From: Bacilli bacterium
GTDB lineage: Bacteria > Bacillota_I > Bacilli_A > RF39 > UBA660
Length of the DNA: 64,000 nt
Assembly: GCA_017528315.1 (NCBI GenBank)
Contig: JAFXOW010000003.1
Span: 6,768-70,767 of the forward strand
Direction: 5' to 3'
This document shows positions 18,130 to 27,907 of the stretch, one piece after another. The first letter of the stretch is position 1. The number at the start of each line of letters is the position of its first letter. The notes under the pieces are model-generated. The model made no database searches. It was not told the origin of the DNA and worked only from the letters and a program-made list of their open reading frames with translations. A program made the translations under genes and the position numbers.

Positions 18130-19392
18130 TTATTCGTCTTCAGTTTCAGTTTTTCCTGTTAATAAATCTAAAGCTTTTTGTAATTGACTATCATATTGAT
18201 GCTCCTCATCTTCTGATTGATATTTTAAAATATAATCCGGTTCAAATCCCTTATTTCCAACACTTTCGCCTTTTGGAGTCAACCATTCTTGGAAAGTATA
18301 TTTAATAGCTGAACCATTTGATAAATCTTGAGTCTTTTGAACCTTACTCTTACCATAAGTAACTGTTCCAACTGTATATGCACCATAGGTATCTTTCATA
18401 CAAGCAGCTAATAATTCACTAGCAGATGCTGATCCTCCATTAACTAATACGGCAATTTTGTAATTTCGATGTTCATCCGTTTTAGCATAAAATTTCTCTA
18501 TTTTATCCTTGGTTTTTAATTGATAAATCATATCTCCTTTTTTAAGAAATAACTCTAAAATATCACTTACCGTTGTTAAATATCCCCCACTGTTACCTCT
18601 AACATCAATTATTAAAGAATCAATTTTTTCTTTTTCAACTTTTTCTAAATTATTTTTAAATTGTTCATAAGTATTAGCAGCAAATAAATCTATTTTAATA
18701 TAGCCAATTTTTTTATTTTCATGTTCAATTACTTCACTAGCAATAGAATGAATATCAATACTAGAACGCATAACCGAAAATTCTTTTTCTTCTTCTCCTC
18801 TTAAAACTGTTATTTTAACTTCTGTCCCATCTTGTCCTTTAACCATATTAGATATTTCACTCACAGATTTTCCAGTTACATCATTTCCATCAACTTTTAT
18901 AATAATGTCGCCATTTCTCATTCCAGCTTTATAGGCTGGACCATTCTCATATACTTCTTTTACTTCAACTTTCATATCAGAATATTGAATTATTTCTGTT
19001 CCAATGCCCACATATTCACCACTGACTTTTTCATTGAACGCCTTAGCTGTTTTAGCATCCATAAATACAGAATATGGATCTCCTAAATAGCTTACCATAC
19101 CATTTACTCCTGCTTCAAGTAATCCTTTTTCATCAATATCAGTATAATATTCATTTAGTATTTCTGTATATGTATCCATAAATTCTGTTAATTCTTTTTT
19201 TATACCAAAATTAATAGTCCCTTTTCCATACATTAAAATACCACCAAAAAACATACCAAATATAGTAGTTATTATCATTATGGCAATTACTTCAAATAAA
19301 TTAAATTTTTTATTTTTATTCAAAAAATTAAAATATTCTTTTTTATCTAATTTATCATTTTTATTATTAAATCTATCTTTCAACTTTATCAC
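18130..19392 (-). CDS. ctpA: Carboxyl-terminal processing protease (S41A, PDZ)
   Basis: TM, DPYS, GIG PDZ, DVRGNSGG, SASASE, GKS.VQ. Confidence 0.92.
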   Translation of the reverse strand: MIKLKDRFNNKNDKLDKKEYFNFLNKNKKFNLFEVIAIMIITTIFGMFFGGILMYGKGTINFGIKKELTEFMDTYTEILNEYYTDIDEKGLLEAGVNGMVSYLGDPYSVFMDAKTAKAFNEKVSGEYVGIGTEIIQYSDMKVEVKEVYENGPAYKAGMRNGDIIIKVDGNDVTGKSVSEISNMVKGQDGTEVKITVLRGEEEKEFSVMRSSIDIHSIASEVIEHENKKIGYIKIDLFAANTYEQFKNNLEKVEKEKIDSLIIDVRGNSGGYLTTVSDILELFLKKGDMIYQLKTKDKIEKFYAKTDEHRNYKIAVLVNGGSASASELLAACMKDTYGAYTVGTVTYGKSKVQKTQDLSNGSAIKYTFQEWLTPKGESVGNKGFEPDYILKYQSEDEEHQYDSQLQKALDLLTGKTETEDE

Positions 19393-19489
19393 CTTCTAAA
19401 TTATATTTATATTCTATCATAATTTAACCAATATTAACATCTTTTTTTTAAAAAAAATATAGATATATCTCAATCTATATTTATAAAAA

Positions 19490-20947
19490 TTATTTTTCTT
19501 CTAATATATTTAACTTACTATCCAACTTAATTACTTTAGAGAAATAATCTTTTCCATTTCCTTTAAATACTCCTCTTTTACTATTAGAATATCCAACAAT
19601 TATATAATCTTTAGTATTATTAATAATATTTTCTGTTTTAGTAATAGATTCTATTATACCAGTTAAAGTTTCATTTTTAGAACCACCATAAGTAAGTTTA
19701 TCTATAATCTTTCCTTCATAATTAAATGATATAACCATACCTTCTACCATTTTTTCTTGATAATTTAAATTATCAAGTTTTATATCATCTGATTTAGAAT
19801 AACCAATAGCAATTATTTTATCATCAGTTAATATCATGGAATTAAATCTATCTGTCTTTGATCCACCAATACTATATAGTTCAATAAATTCTCCATTTAA
19901 ATCATAAACAAATATTGCAGCATCATATTCAAATATAGGATTTTCTTCTTCATCTTTATCTTCGCTTTTATTATAAGCTCCAGCAATATAAAGTTTATCA
20001 TTTTTTATTTCAGCTTTTGTAAATCCTATTTCATCAGTATTAGCATAATTTTTTATCCAAACAATTTCTCCTTCAAGTGAGAATTTAACTATTAAGCCAT
20101 AATTAACAGCATCTTTTCCGCAACATATATATCCATCTTCTACTTTAACTACATCATAAAATATCCCTGATTTATTTCCACCAAAATTATTATTCCATAC
20201 AATATTTCCATCAAAATCGTATTTAATAATAATTCCGCCACCTAAAGTATGATTTCCTATTTCCATGTTTTCATATATGCTTTGACCAACAACAATTATT
20301 CCATCATCAACAGGTAATATTCTTCTAAATTCAGTATCTCCAAGCACTTGAAAATTCTTATGCCATATCATATTACCATTTAAATCATATTTTACAATTA
20401 AACCATCTCTTGTTTGGTAACTAATTTGGCTTTCTTCGTAGATATAACTTCCAATAGCATATATAGAATTATTAACAACAACTGCATCATAAAAAGTTGA
20501 ATCGTAGGTAGTTTCAAATGTTTTTTCAAATAAAACATTTAATTCTTTATCATATTTAACCAGCTTAGCTTGTTCTGCAAAAGCTTGTTTTAATGGCTTA
20601 TCATCAAAATTTTCATCATGATACTCATAGATAAAACTATCATTATATCTACTATATTTAAAATTACTAGAACCACTAGCAATGTAATATTGATCATTAA
20701 CTGCTCGAATGCTATTTAAAGAATCATAATAGGTAATTTTACTTTCTTTATTTAATTTCATACCATACATTATTAAAAGTTCAGCTATAATAATAATTAA
20801 GCAAATAGCTAAGATTAATTTTACTCTTCTTTTTAATAATACAGATTTATCAACTTTTTTCTTTTCTTTTCTCTCTTTTTTTGGTTTCTTTTCTTTTTTT
20901 GTTTTTGATTTCTTAGTTTTATTTTCATCAATTTTATTTTTTTTCAT
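19490..20947 (-). CDS. Membrane-anchored beta-propeller-like repeat protein
   Basis: Basic N-terminus plus TM; repeats IVKYD..G...W...GG..., DG.IVVG.S. Confidence 0.6.
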   Translation of the reverse strand: MKKNKIDENKTKKSKTKKEKKPKKERKEKKKVDKSVLLKRRVKLILAICLIIIIAELLIMYGMKLNKESKITYYDSLNSIRAVNDQYYIASGSSNFKYSRYNDSFIYEYHDENFDDKPLKQAFAEQAKLVKYDKELNVLFEKTFETTYDSTFYDAVVVNNSIYAIGSYIYEESQISYQTRDGLIVKYDLNGNMIWHKNFQVLGDTEFRRILPVDDGIIVVGQSIYENMEIGNHTLGGGIIIKYDFDGNIVWNNNFGGNKSGIFYDVVKVEDGYICCGKDAVNYGLIVKFSLEGEIVWIKNYANTDEIGFTKAEIKNDKLYIAGAYNKSEDKDEEENPIFEYDAAIFVYDLNGEFIELYSIGGSKTDRFNSMILTDDKIIAIGYSKSDDIKLDNLNYQEKMVEGMVISFNYEGKIIDKLTYGGSKNETLTGIIESITKTENIINNTKDYIIVGYSNSKRGVFKGNGKDYFSKVIKLDSKLNILEEK

Positions 20948-20961
20948 ACAACTCTCCTTCT

Positions 20962-22116
20962 CTATACATACATATATACTTGATAACCTGTATAATCAGG
21001 TTTATTACATTTTTTACCCGTTGTCATAAATCTTGAAGTCCCCCATTCATGTAATTGTTCAACTTTACAATCGAAACTATCTATTAATAATATATCAGTT
21101 TCTTTAAAATCAGCTGCACTTGTAACTGTTGATTTAAACCCGATAACTGTTACATAATGTCTAGAGGTACCATTTCTATCTCCATTTACATGAAGAATAA
21201 CTGGTTTATTATTAATTAGTTCTGAATAAACAACATTTAGAACTTTATCTTTGTCATCATCAGAATAAATAACATAATTATTATAATACTTACCAGGTAC
21301 TTCAAATGATTTTCGACTTATATCACCAGTTGTTAATGAATGAATTTGTTCTTCAGCAAAACACAAACATTGATCATAATATACTGTTCCATTTTCTTGA
21401 TCTTGACATATTCTATTTTCTTTAAGAAAATTAATATAATTGGCAACATCAAGTGGTGTATTTACTACCAAATAATCATTTAAACTTTCAAATGTGTAAT
21501 AAAGCATACCATTTGACGTAGTTTTTTCTTGTATTGATGGCTTTTTAAATATACACTCATTATTTTCATATATGCCACCCTTAGACATACAAACAAATTC
21601 ATCATCACTCATAACCACTTTACTTCTAATAGATGCTAAACTATATTCTAAATCTTCTATAATCATTCCATTAGCAACTCCATATAAAGAAGAAACTGCA
21701 TTTTCAGCTTTAGTTAAATTTTCAGTAGTAGGCATCCTTTTGACTTTATCTATTAAATCTTTAACATCCAATACTTTTTCTTCAACACCCTTATAATACT
21801 CTATTTTACTAAGATTGGCATTCGATAAACACGTTTTATAATTATAATTAATTTCATTTCCAATTAAAGACATAACTATATTAACTACTGTTGGAATAAA
21901 AAATATTATTACAACAGCTCCTATCTTTTTAAGTGAATCATTTATATATTCTCGATAATTTTCTTCTGCTTTTACTATATTTTTAAAAGTCCGAATTGTT
22001 AAAACTAAAATTAAAACTATAGGCATTACTATAAATAACAAACGTCTTGCTATATTTAAAAATAATAGTATTCTTAAAAATGATGTTGTTTCACATATTA
22101 CATTTGATATAAGCAT
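20962..22116 (-). CDS. Pilin-like two-TM N-terminal domain fused to a C39-like peptidase domain
   Basis: N-terminal C...IVMPIVLI...KK...IIFFIPTVV...C.SNA; C-terminal QC, HYVTVIG, LLIDS. Confidence 0.55.
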   Translation of the reverse strand: MLISNVICETTSFLRILLFLNIARRLLFIVMPIVLILVLTIRTFKNIVKAEENYREYINDSLKKIGAVVIIFFIPTVVNIVMSLIGNEINYNYKTCLSNANLSKIEYYKGVEEKVLDVKDLIDKVKRMPTTENLTKAENAVSSLYGVANGMIIEDLEYSLASIRSKVVMSDDEFVCMSKGGIYENNECIFKKPSIQEKTTSNGMLYYTFESLNDYLVVNTPLDVANYINFLKENRICQDQENGTVYYDQCLCFAEEQIHSLTTGDISRKSFEVPGKYYNNYVIYSDDDKDKVLNVVYSELINNKPVILHVNGDRNGTSRHYVTVIGFKSTVTSAADFKETDILLIDSFDCKVEQLHEWGTSRFMTTGKKCNKPDYTGYQVYMYV

Positions 22117-22167
22117 ACTTTATCACCATGTTAATAATATCATTTTTTTTTAATTTATACAACCAAT

Positions 22168-23403
22168 TTAACAATGTCTAATGACAAAATACTTCTTTTT
22201 ACCTTTTCTAACTACAGTATATTCATTATATAAAGCATTGCTTTTAGAAATAATATACTCTAAATCATTTATTTTCTCTCCATTTATACTAATAGAGTTA
22301 TTATTAATGAATTCTCTCGCTTCTCTTTTACTGGAACAAATTTCAGCTTCAACAAGTAAATCTACAATATTTTTATCATCACTTATTTCATAACTTTGTA
22401 AACTATTAATTGCCATTTCTAATTCTTCTTTAGTTAAATCTTTAATATTCCCTTTAAATAATGCCTCACTTATATGTATACATTTATTAAGTTCTTCTTC
22501 TCCTCTTAAATCTTTAATAAATTCCGAAGCAAGTGTCTTTTGAGCAAGTCTTAGTTCTGGCATCTCTTTATGTTTTTCCATAATATCTATAATCATATCA
22601 GGTGTAAGGAATGTAAATACTTTTAAATATTCTTCTACTTTATCATCACTTGAATTAATTAAGTATTGATATAATTCATATGAAGATGTTTTATTTTTAT
22701 CAAGCCATAAAGCATTTCCAGCACTTTTACCAAATTTTTCACCATTTGAATCTAATATTAAAGGCATTGTAAAAGCATAAGCATTTTTTCCAATTTTTTT
22801 ATTAATTAATTCAATTCCGGTTGTAATATTTCCCCACTGATCACTTCCTTCAACTTGCATAATACAATTTTTATGTTCATACAAATATAGAAAATCATAT
22901 CCTTGTAAAAGAGTATAAGTAAATTCAGCAAAAGTTATTCCTGTTTCAAGGCGTCTTGATATGATATCTTTATTTAACATATAATTAACATTTATATATT
23001 TTCCAATATCACGTAAGAAATCTAAAATACTCATATCCTTTGTCCAATCATAGTTATTAACAACTTCAACATCTAGTCCTGTAAAGATTTCTTCTACTTG
23101 TTTTTTTATTCCATTTAGGTTTTTTTCTACTTTTTCATATGAAATTATTTCACGTTCAGCAGTAGGTCTTGGGTCACCAATAAGTCCTGTTGCCCCTCCA
23201 ACTAAAAGAATTGGATGGTGTCCAGCTTTAGCAAGTCTTTTAGCTGTTACTAAACTTGAATAATGTCCTATATGCAAACTATCTGCAGTTGGATCAGTTC
23301 CCCAATAAAAGGTTGCATTCCTCTCATTAATAATTCTTTCTAAATCTTCCCCAGCTTGGTCTTTGATTAAACCACGCCATTTTAATTCTTCAAATAATGT
23401 CAT
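22168..23403 (-). CDS. tyrS: Tyrosine--tRNA ligase
   Basis: GTDPTADSLHIGH, GSDQWGNI, KFGKS, C-terminal S4 domain. Confidence 0.98.
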   Translation of the reverse strand: MTLFEELKWRGLIKDQAGEDLERIINERNATFYWGTDPTADSLHIGHYSSLVTAKRLAKAGHHPILLVGGATGLIGDPRPTAEREIISYEKVEKNLNGIKKQVEEIFTGLDVEVVNNYDWTKDMSILDFLRDIGKYINVNYMLNKDIISRRLETGITFAEFTYTLLQGYDFLYLYEHKNCIMQVEGSDQWGNITTGIELINKKIGKNAYAFTMPLILDSNGEKFGKSAGNALWLDKNKTSSYELYQYLINSSDDKVEEYLKVFTFLTPDMIIDIMEKHKEMPELRLAQKTLASEFIKDLRGEEELNKCIHISEALFKGNIKDLTKEELEMAINSLQSYEISDDKNIVDLLVEAEICSSKREAREFINNNSISINGEKINDLEYIISKSNALYNEYTVVRKGKKKYFVIRHC

Positions 23404-23415
23404 TCTATTTCCCTC

Positions 23416-23904
23416 CTAATAATCACTATTTAATCTTTCTTCTATTATTTTTTGTTTTTTATCTATTGCTTCAATTACGTCACTTTCCGTAAATTCTAAA
23501 AGTGTACCTATATAAATTGTATAATAAAATATCTCTTCTAATATTTCTTTATTATTATGTTCATAAAATTTATATACCTTTTGATATAATTCCATAATCA
23601 ACTTTAAAATATCTGTTTCCTCTATATTTGGATAATATTCTTTTATTTTTAATTTATAAATACTATAAAAAGTTAATATCATCGTTATAACATCAGCATA
23701 TTCTTCTAACATTTTTTCTTGTTTTGGTTTCTTGGTTGTCCAATATTTAAAAACTTTTGTTTCATTAACAAATTCGCTTATCTCAACCATTAATTCAACT
23801 ATATTTTTATCATATAACCTTTTATCATCTTTATACTTATCAACAAATATTTTATCAAGTCTCATATTATTTTTATATAACTTATTCCATTTAACTAAAT
23901 TCAT
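23416..23904 (-). CDS. Dimeric (all-alpha) dUTPase-family protein
   Basis: VEISEFVNETKVFKYW, EEYAD, K......R...DY. Confidence 0.8.
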   Translation of the reverse strand: MNLVKWNKLYKNNMRLDKIFVDKYKDDKRLYDKNIVELMVEISEFVNETKVFKYWTTKKPKQEKMLEEYADVITMILTFYSIYKLKIKEYYPNIEETDILKLIMELYQKVYKFYEHNNKEILEEIFYYTIYIGTLLEFTESDVIEAIDKKQKIIEERLNSDY

Positions 23905-24545
23905 TCTTGCTCCATTATTTCCGTAGCATGACTAGTACCAATTCTCGTTACTCCATGATCAATAAATTCTAAAACTTGTTCTTTAGTTTTAATACCACCA
24001 CTTGCTTTTATTTCCAATACTTCATTTTTATGTTTATTTATTAAATCTATTACTTCTATACTGGCACCAGCTTTATCAAATCCTGTACTAGTTTTTATAA
24101 AATGAACAAACGTTTCATTACATATCTTTGTCATTTCAACTATTTCATCATCCGTTAATAAACAACTTTCAATTATTACCTTTAATGTTTTACCACCAAT
24201 TGAATCTCTTACTAATTCTATCTCATCTTTTATATAATCATAATCTTTATTCTTTAAAGCATTAATATTAATTACCATATCAATTTCTTTAGCACCAACA
24301 TCAATTGCATTAATAGCTTCAAACTGCTTAGATTCTTTGGTTTGATATCCATTAGGAAATCCTACCACTGTTCCAACGAAAACTGTTGTATCCTTTAAAT
24401 ATTCAACAGCTGATGCAACGTAATATGGTGGCACAATTATACATGGAAAATGATATTTTTTAGCATCTTCACATAACTTAATAATGTCCTCGACTGTTGC
24501 AATTTTTGATAAATTAGTACTATCTAAATATTCATTTATATTCAT
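23901..24545 (-). CDS. deoC: Deoxyribose-phosphate aldolase
   Basis: TVVGFPNG, EIDMVIN, LKVIIE, FIKTSTGF, KASGGI, RIGTS. Confidence 0.96.
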   Translation of the reverse strand: MNINEYLDSTNLSKIATVEDIIKLCEDAKKYHFPCIIVPPYYVASAVEYLKDTTVFVGTVVGFPNGYQTKESKQFEAINAIDVGAKEIDMVININALKNKDYDYIKDEIELVRDSIGGKTLKVIIESCLLTDDEIVEMTKICNETFVHFIKTSTGFDKAGASIEVIDLINKHKNEVLEIKASGGIKTKEQVLEFIDHGVTRIGTSHATEIMEQE

Positions 24546-25174
24546 TATAATACCTCCTTTAATTTTTTAAATTCTTTTATCTCTTTAACCTGTAATGGAT
24601 TATCATTTTTTTTATAATTAAAATATATTACTGAAAGTCCTACTTCAAGTGCTCCTTTAATATCTTTATTATAATCATCACCAATCATTAAACATTCTGA
24701 TATTTTATTGGATCCACATGCTTTTTTAAAAGCTTTTTTATCTGGTTTCATATATTCTTCTCCACCGATTACTTCTTTAAAATATTTATAAATTTTGGCT
24801 TTCTTTAAACGATTACATTGAGGTTCTTTAAACCAATTAGTTAAAACTACTAATTCATACTTTTTACTTAAGTATTCTAAAATATCTATCACTTCTATTG
24901 ATTTGTCACTCATACTTCCAAATAAATTTAAAAATCTATCTAAAAATTCAATTGTTATCTTACTTTTAATATGTTTATTTATAAAATCAACCATTAACTT
25001 TTTATCATAATACCGGAATTCATTATCATATTCATCAATTAAAGCACTAAGGTACTTATAATCATCAACAATTTTATATTCTTTAATTGCTGTCTTAATT
25101 GCTTCTAAATACTCATCTTTCCACATAATTAAAGTATTATCTAAATCAAATATTATTCTTTTTATCATACACAC
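24545..25174 (-). CDS. HAD-IA hydrolase (YjjG-like nucleotidase)
   Basis: FDLDNTL, LTN, MKPD, IGDDYNKDIKGA. Confidence 0.85.
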   Translation of the reverse strand: MCMIKRIIFDLDNTLIMWKDEYLEAIKTAIKEYKIVDDYKYLSALIDEYDNEFRYYDKKLMVDFINKHIKSKITIEFLDRFLNLFGSMSDKSIEVIDILEYLSKKYELVVLTNWFKEPQCNRLKKAKIYKYFKEVIGGEEYMKPDKKAFKKACGSNKISECLMIGDDYNKDIKGALEVGLSVIYFNYKKNDNPLQVKEIKEFKKLKEVL

Positions 25175-25179
25175 CTCTA

Positions 25180-25375
25180 AAAATAAAAATCACTACATAC
25201 ATAAGGACGACAAAATACCGTGGTACCACCTTATTTCTGTAATGATTTACACTTTATATCCTTAACGCGGGAATTCGTTTTAACTCCATTTATGTAACTT
25301 CCATATTAATTTTACTAACTTACACCAACCGTCAGCTCTCTTTAAATTAATTAATATTTAAATTAAACTTCTTTG
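25180..25375 (-). promoter_or_regulatory. T-box riboswitch with Tyr (UAC) specifier
   Basis: Minus strand: AGAGAG..GGTTGGTG stem I apex, GAAGT-TAC-A specifier (25296-25294), T-box AAGGTGGTACCACGG (25232-25218) with CGTCCTT. tyrS lies downstream in the same run. Confidence 0.85.
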
Positions 25376-25502
25376 TTAAATATACCTATATATTAACATA
25401 TTTTCTTATTTTTGCAAGTGTTTTTGTTTAAATATACCAAATATAATGCTTTACTTTTCCATACTTTTTTGATATAATATGTACTCCTAAAGGGGGAATG
25501 TT

Positions 25503-26498
25503 ATGTTTACCTGCAATAATATAAATTTATTAACATTTACTTACTATTTAAAATATATTTTAGCAATTAATATGACTATTGTACCCTTTATATACTTTTA
25601 TCTAAATTTAATTAATTTAATAAAAAATAAAAAGAAATTAAATAAATGGTATATTAAAAGAAGAATAAAACCTATTTTTTATATAATAATTCTATTTACC
25701 TTATCTTTAATACTTCATAACACATTAAATACTAGTAATAACATATGTTATTTAAGTGCTACTCCTAAAATTTATCACGAATATAAAAATAGTTATAATT
25801 TTTTACAAAATAAAGATATTGATAGTGAATTAAAAAATAATTATTTAAATAATATTTTAACTAATAAGAGTAATAATACTTTAACAAGTACTGTTTATAA
25901 ACAAGCCAATATTATAAAAGTTAATGAAGAAAAAAATAGTATTGTAGAAGAACCAAAAGTTATAGTAGAAGATAATTTTTTGAACGAAACAGATACAAAT
26001 ATTCAAAATAATGTTTATATAATTAATGGAACATTTAATTATCCTAAATATGTTTATGGTAATACTAATACCTATTCTGGTATGTTTTGTCCAAGTGACC
26101 CTCTAAATAATGGTTATAATAATCCTTATGGATATAATAATTATTTTTATACAAGACTTACAAGATTTATTGAAGAAGCTAGAAATAATGGTTATTTAAT
26201 TACCATAAGTAGTCAAGGTTGTAGAACTTATGACACTCAAATAAATTATTATAATACCATGACACCTGGAAGAGCGGCTTCTCCTGGTCTGTCTCTTCAT
26301 GGTTTTGGAATAGCAAGTGATTTAGAATTTTATAATCAAGATGGATCAATTTGTTCATATTTTAGAACTGATTCAAGTTGTCCAAGTATGGGATGGGCAC
26401 ATCAAAATGCTGAAAAGTTTGGATTAACTTTCCCACTTCTATATTCAAATTATAAAGAAGATTGGCATATAGAACCCTTAAACAAATCTAAATACTAA
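25503..26498 (+). CDS. Two-TM N-terminal domain plus M15/VanY-type D,D-carboxypeptidase domain
   Basis: GCRTYDTQ, AASPG.SLHGFG.A.D, EDWH zinc-peptidase motifs. Confidence 0.8.
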   Translation: MFTCNNINLLTFTYYLKYILAINMTIVPFIYFYLNLINLIKNKKKLNKWYIKRRIKPIFYIIILFTLSLILHNTLNTSNNICYLSATPKIYHEYKNSYNFLQNKDIDSELKNNYLNNILTNKSNNTLTSTVYKQANIIKVNEEKNSIVEEPKVIVEDNFLNETDTNIQNNVYIINGTFNYPKYVYGNTNTYSGMFCPSDPLNNGYNNPYGYNNYFYTRLTRFIEEARNNGYLITISSQGCRTYDTQINYYNTMTPGRAASPGLSLHGFGIASDLEFYNQDGSICSYFRTDSSCPSMGWAHQNAEKFGLTFPLLYSNYKEDWHIEPLNKSKY

Positions 26499-26525
26499 AA
26501 AAACTAAGAAAATCTTAGTTTTTTT
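26497..26525. terminator. Bidirectional intrinsic terminator
   Basis: aaaaaaactaag-aaaat-cttagttttttt between convergent genes. Confidence 0.65.
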
Positions 26526-26526
26526 G

Positions 26527-27780
26527 TTATTTTTTTTCTATTTTAGATTTAAACTTATTATATATTCTCTCATTAATAACTAAATCAAATTCCCCTATAT
26601 ATTCCATAACAGTAGCATTAAATTGTAATTTAATATTATTTAAAGTCTTAAACTTTCCTAAATCTTCTTTATTAAAATCACCAACTACAGCATTTAAATT
26701 AAAGTACAAGAAATTTTCATTTTTATACTTCTTAATTAATTCCCATAATAGAACATATCTTGGATTAAATTTCAAATATTCTTCTAAATAACTATCAATA
26801 ATAAGTTCAACCCCTCTATTATGTTTAATAGTAAAGGCAGCTCCTATTGTTAAAAATTCTGGATATTCTTTTGATAAATTAGTTGCGTATATAAGCTCAT
26901 TTTTATAATAATTTAATTTCCTATCAGATTCCATCTTTTCATTAATAATTTTTTGTTTTTCTGACATAGGAACACTTGTATCTTGAACTAAATTAGCATA
27001 TTTTTCATTAACTGCTAATTCTTGATCATACATTGCTTTCATATTATTTAAATATTTATCTGTATTAATATTAATAAAGAAAATATCCATCTTATTATCA
27101 ATTCCAAAATTATTAAATAGTCCTGTATAGTATTTCTTTCTTCTTTTCTTATTTTTTAAAACTATATACTTATACAATTCATCTATATTTCCATCTTTAT
27201 CTTGAACAATTTCTACTCCAGCATTGGTACTGGTTTCTATTATTTTCTTAGCATCATTAGAAATCTTAGCATAAATAGTTTTTAAATCACTTTGTAAACT
27301 AGTAAAAGCTACAAACCTTGGTTTATAATTTTCAAAATACTTATTAAATCCTTGATGCTTATATTTATTTTTATTTAAAGTATTTAGAATATCATTAACT
27401 GCATTACTAAAATAAATAATATTACCATTTTTATCACGTTCAGAACAAATTACAGGCGGATCTATTTTAATAAAAGCATAATGTTGTTTTTTTAATAAAT
27501 TAATAAGTCCCATAGTTACATTATGAACTAATTTTTTATCAGTATAATCAATTAAAAAACCTCGTGGAGCATAAGCATATTTGTAATATAAATAAACTGT
27601 TTTATATAAAAATAAAGTTGCACCAACTAATTGTTCATTTTCCACAAATCCTACATAAAAAGTATTTAATCCTTCATATTTAGATACATCAGCATATTTT
27701 GATGTTTGATAATATGTACTATATTTATGCTTATAAGCAAAATTATCAAATTCGTCTTTTGTAAGAGCAACTATTCGCAT
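26527..27780 (-). CDS. FemAB/MurM-family peptidoglycan bridge peptidyltransferase
   Basis: YQTS, YAPRGFLIDY, FIKIDP, coiled-coil insert, K..F.A.V.EYIGEFD. Start at the ATG at 27780 after GAGGTG. Confidence 0.88.
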   Translation of the reverse strand: MRIVALTKDEFDNFAYKHKYSTYYQTSKYADVSKYEGLNTFYVGFVENEQLVGATLFLYKTVYLYYKYAYAPRGFLIDYTDKKLVHNVTMGLINLLKKQHYAFIKIDPPVICSERDKNGNIIYFSNAVNDILNTLNKNKYKHQGFNKYFENYKPRFVAFTSLQSDLKTIYAKISNDAKKIIETSTNAGVEIVQDKDGNIDELYKYIVLKNKKRRKKYYTGLFNNFGIDNKMDIFFININTDKYLNNMKAMYDQELAVNEKYANLVQDTSVPMSEKQKIINEKMESDRKLNYYKNELIYATNLSKEYPEFLTIGAAFTIKHNRGVELIIDSYLEEYLKFNPRYVLLWELIKKYKNENFLYFNLNAVVGDFNKEDLGKFKTLNNIKLQFNATVMEYIGEFDLVINERIYNKFKSKIEKK

Positions 27781-27907
27781 AACCAACACCTCGAGATTAT
27801 TATACATATTTTTTGTTACTTTAGCAAGTAAGTATCTTTATTTTTGAAAAATTATTTTATTTTTAATTGATTTATGATATAATGTAATTAATAAAGGTGG
27901 TGGCTAT

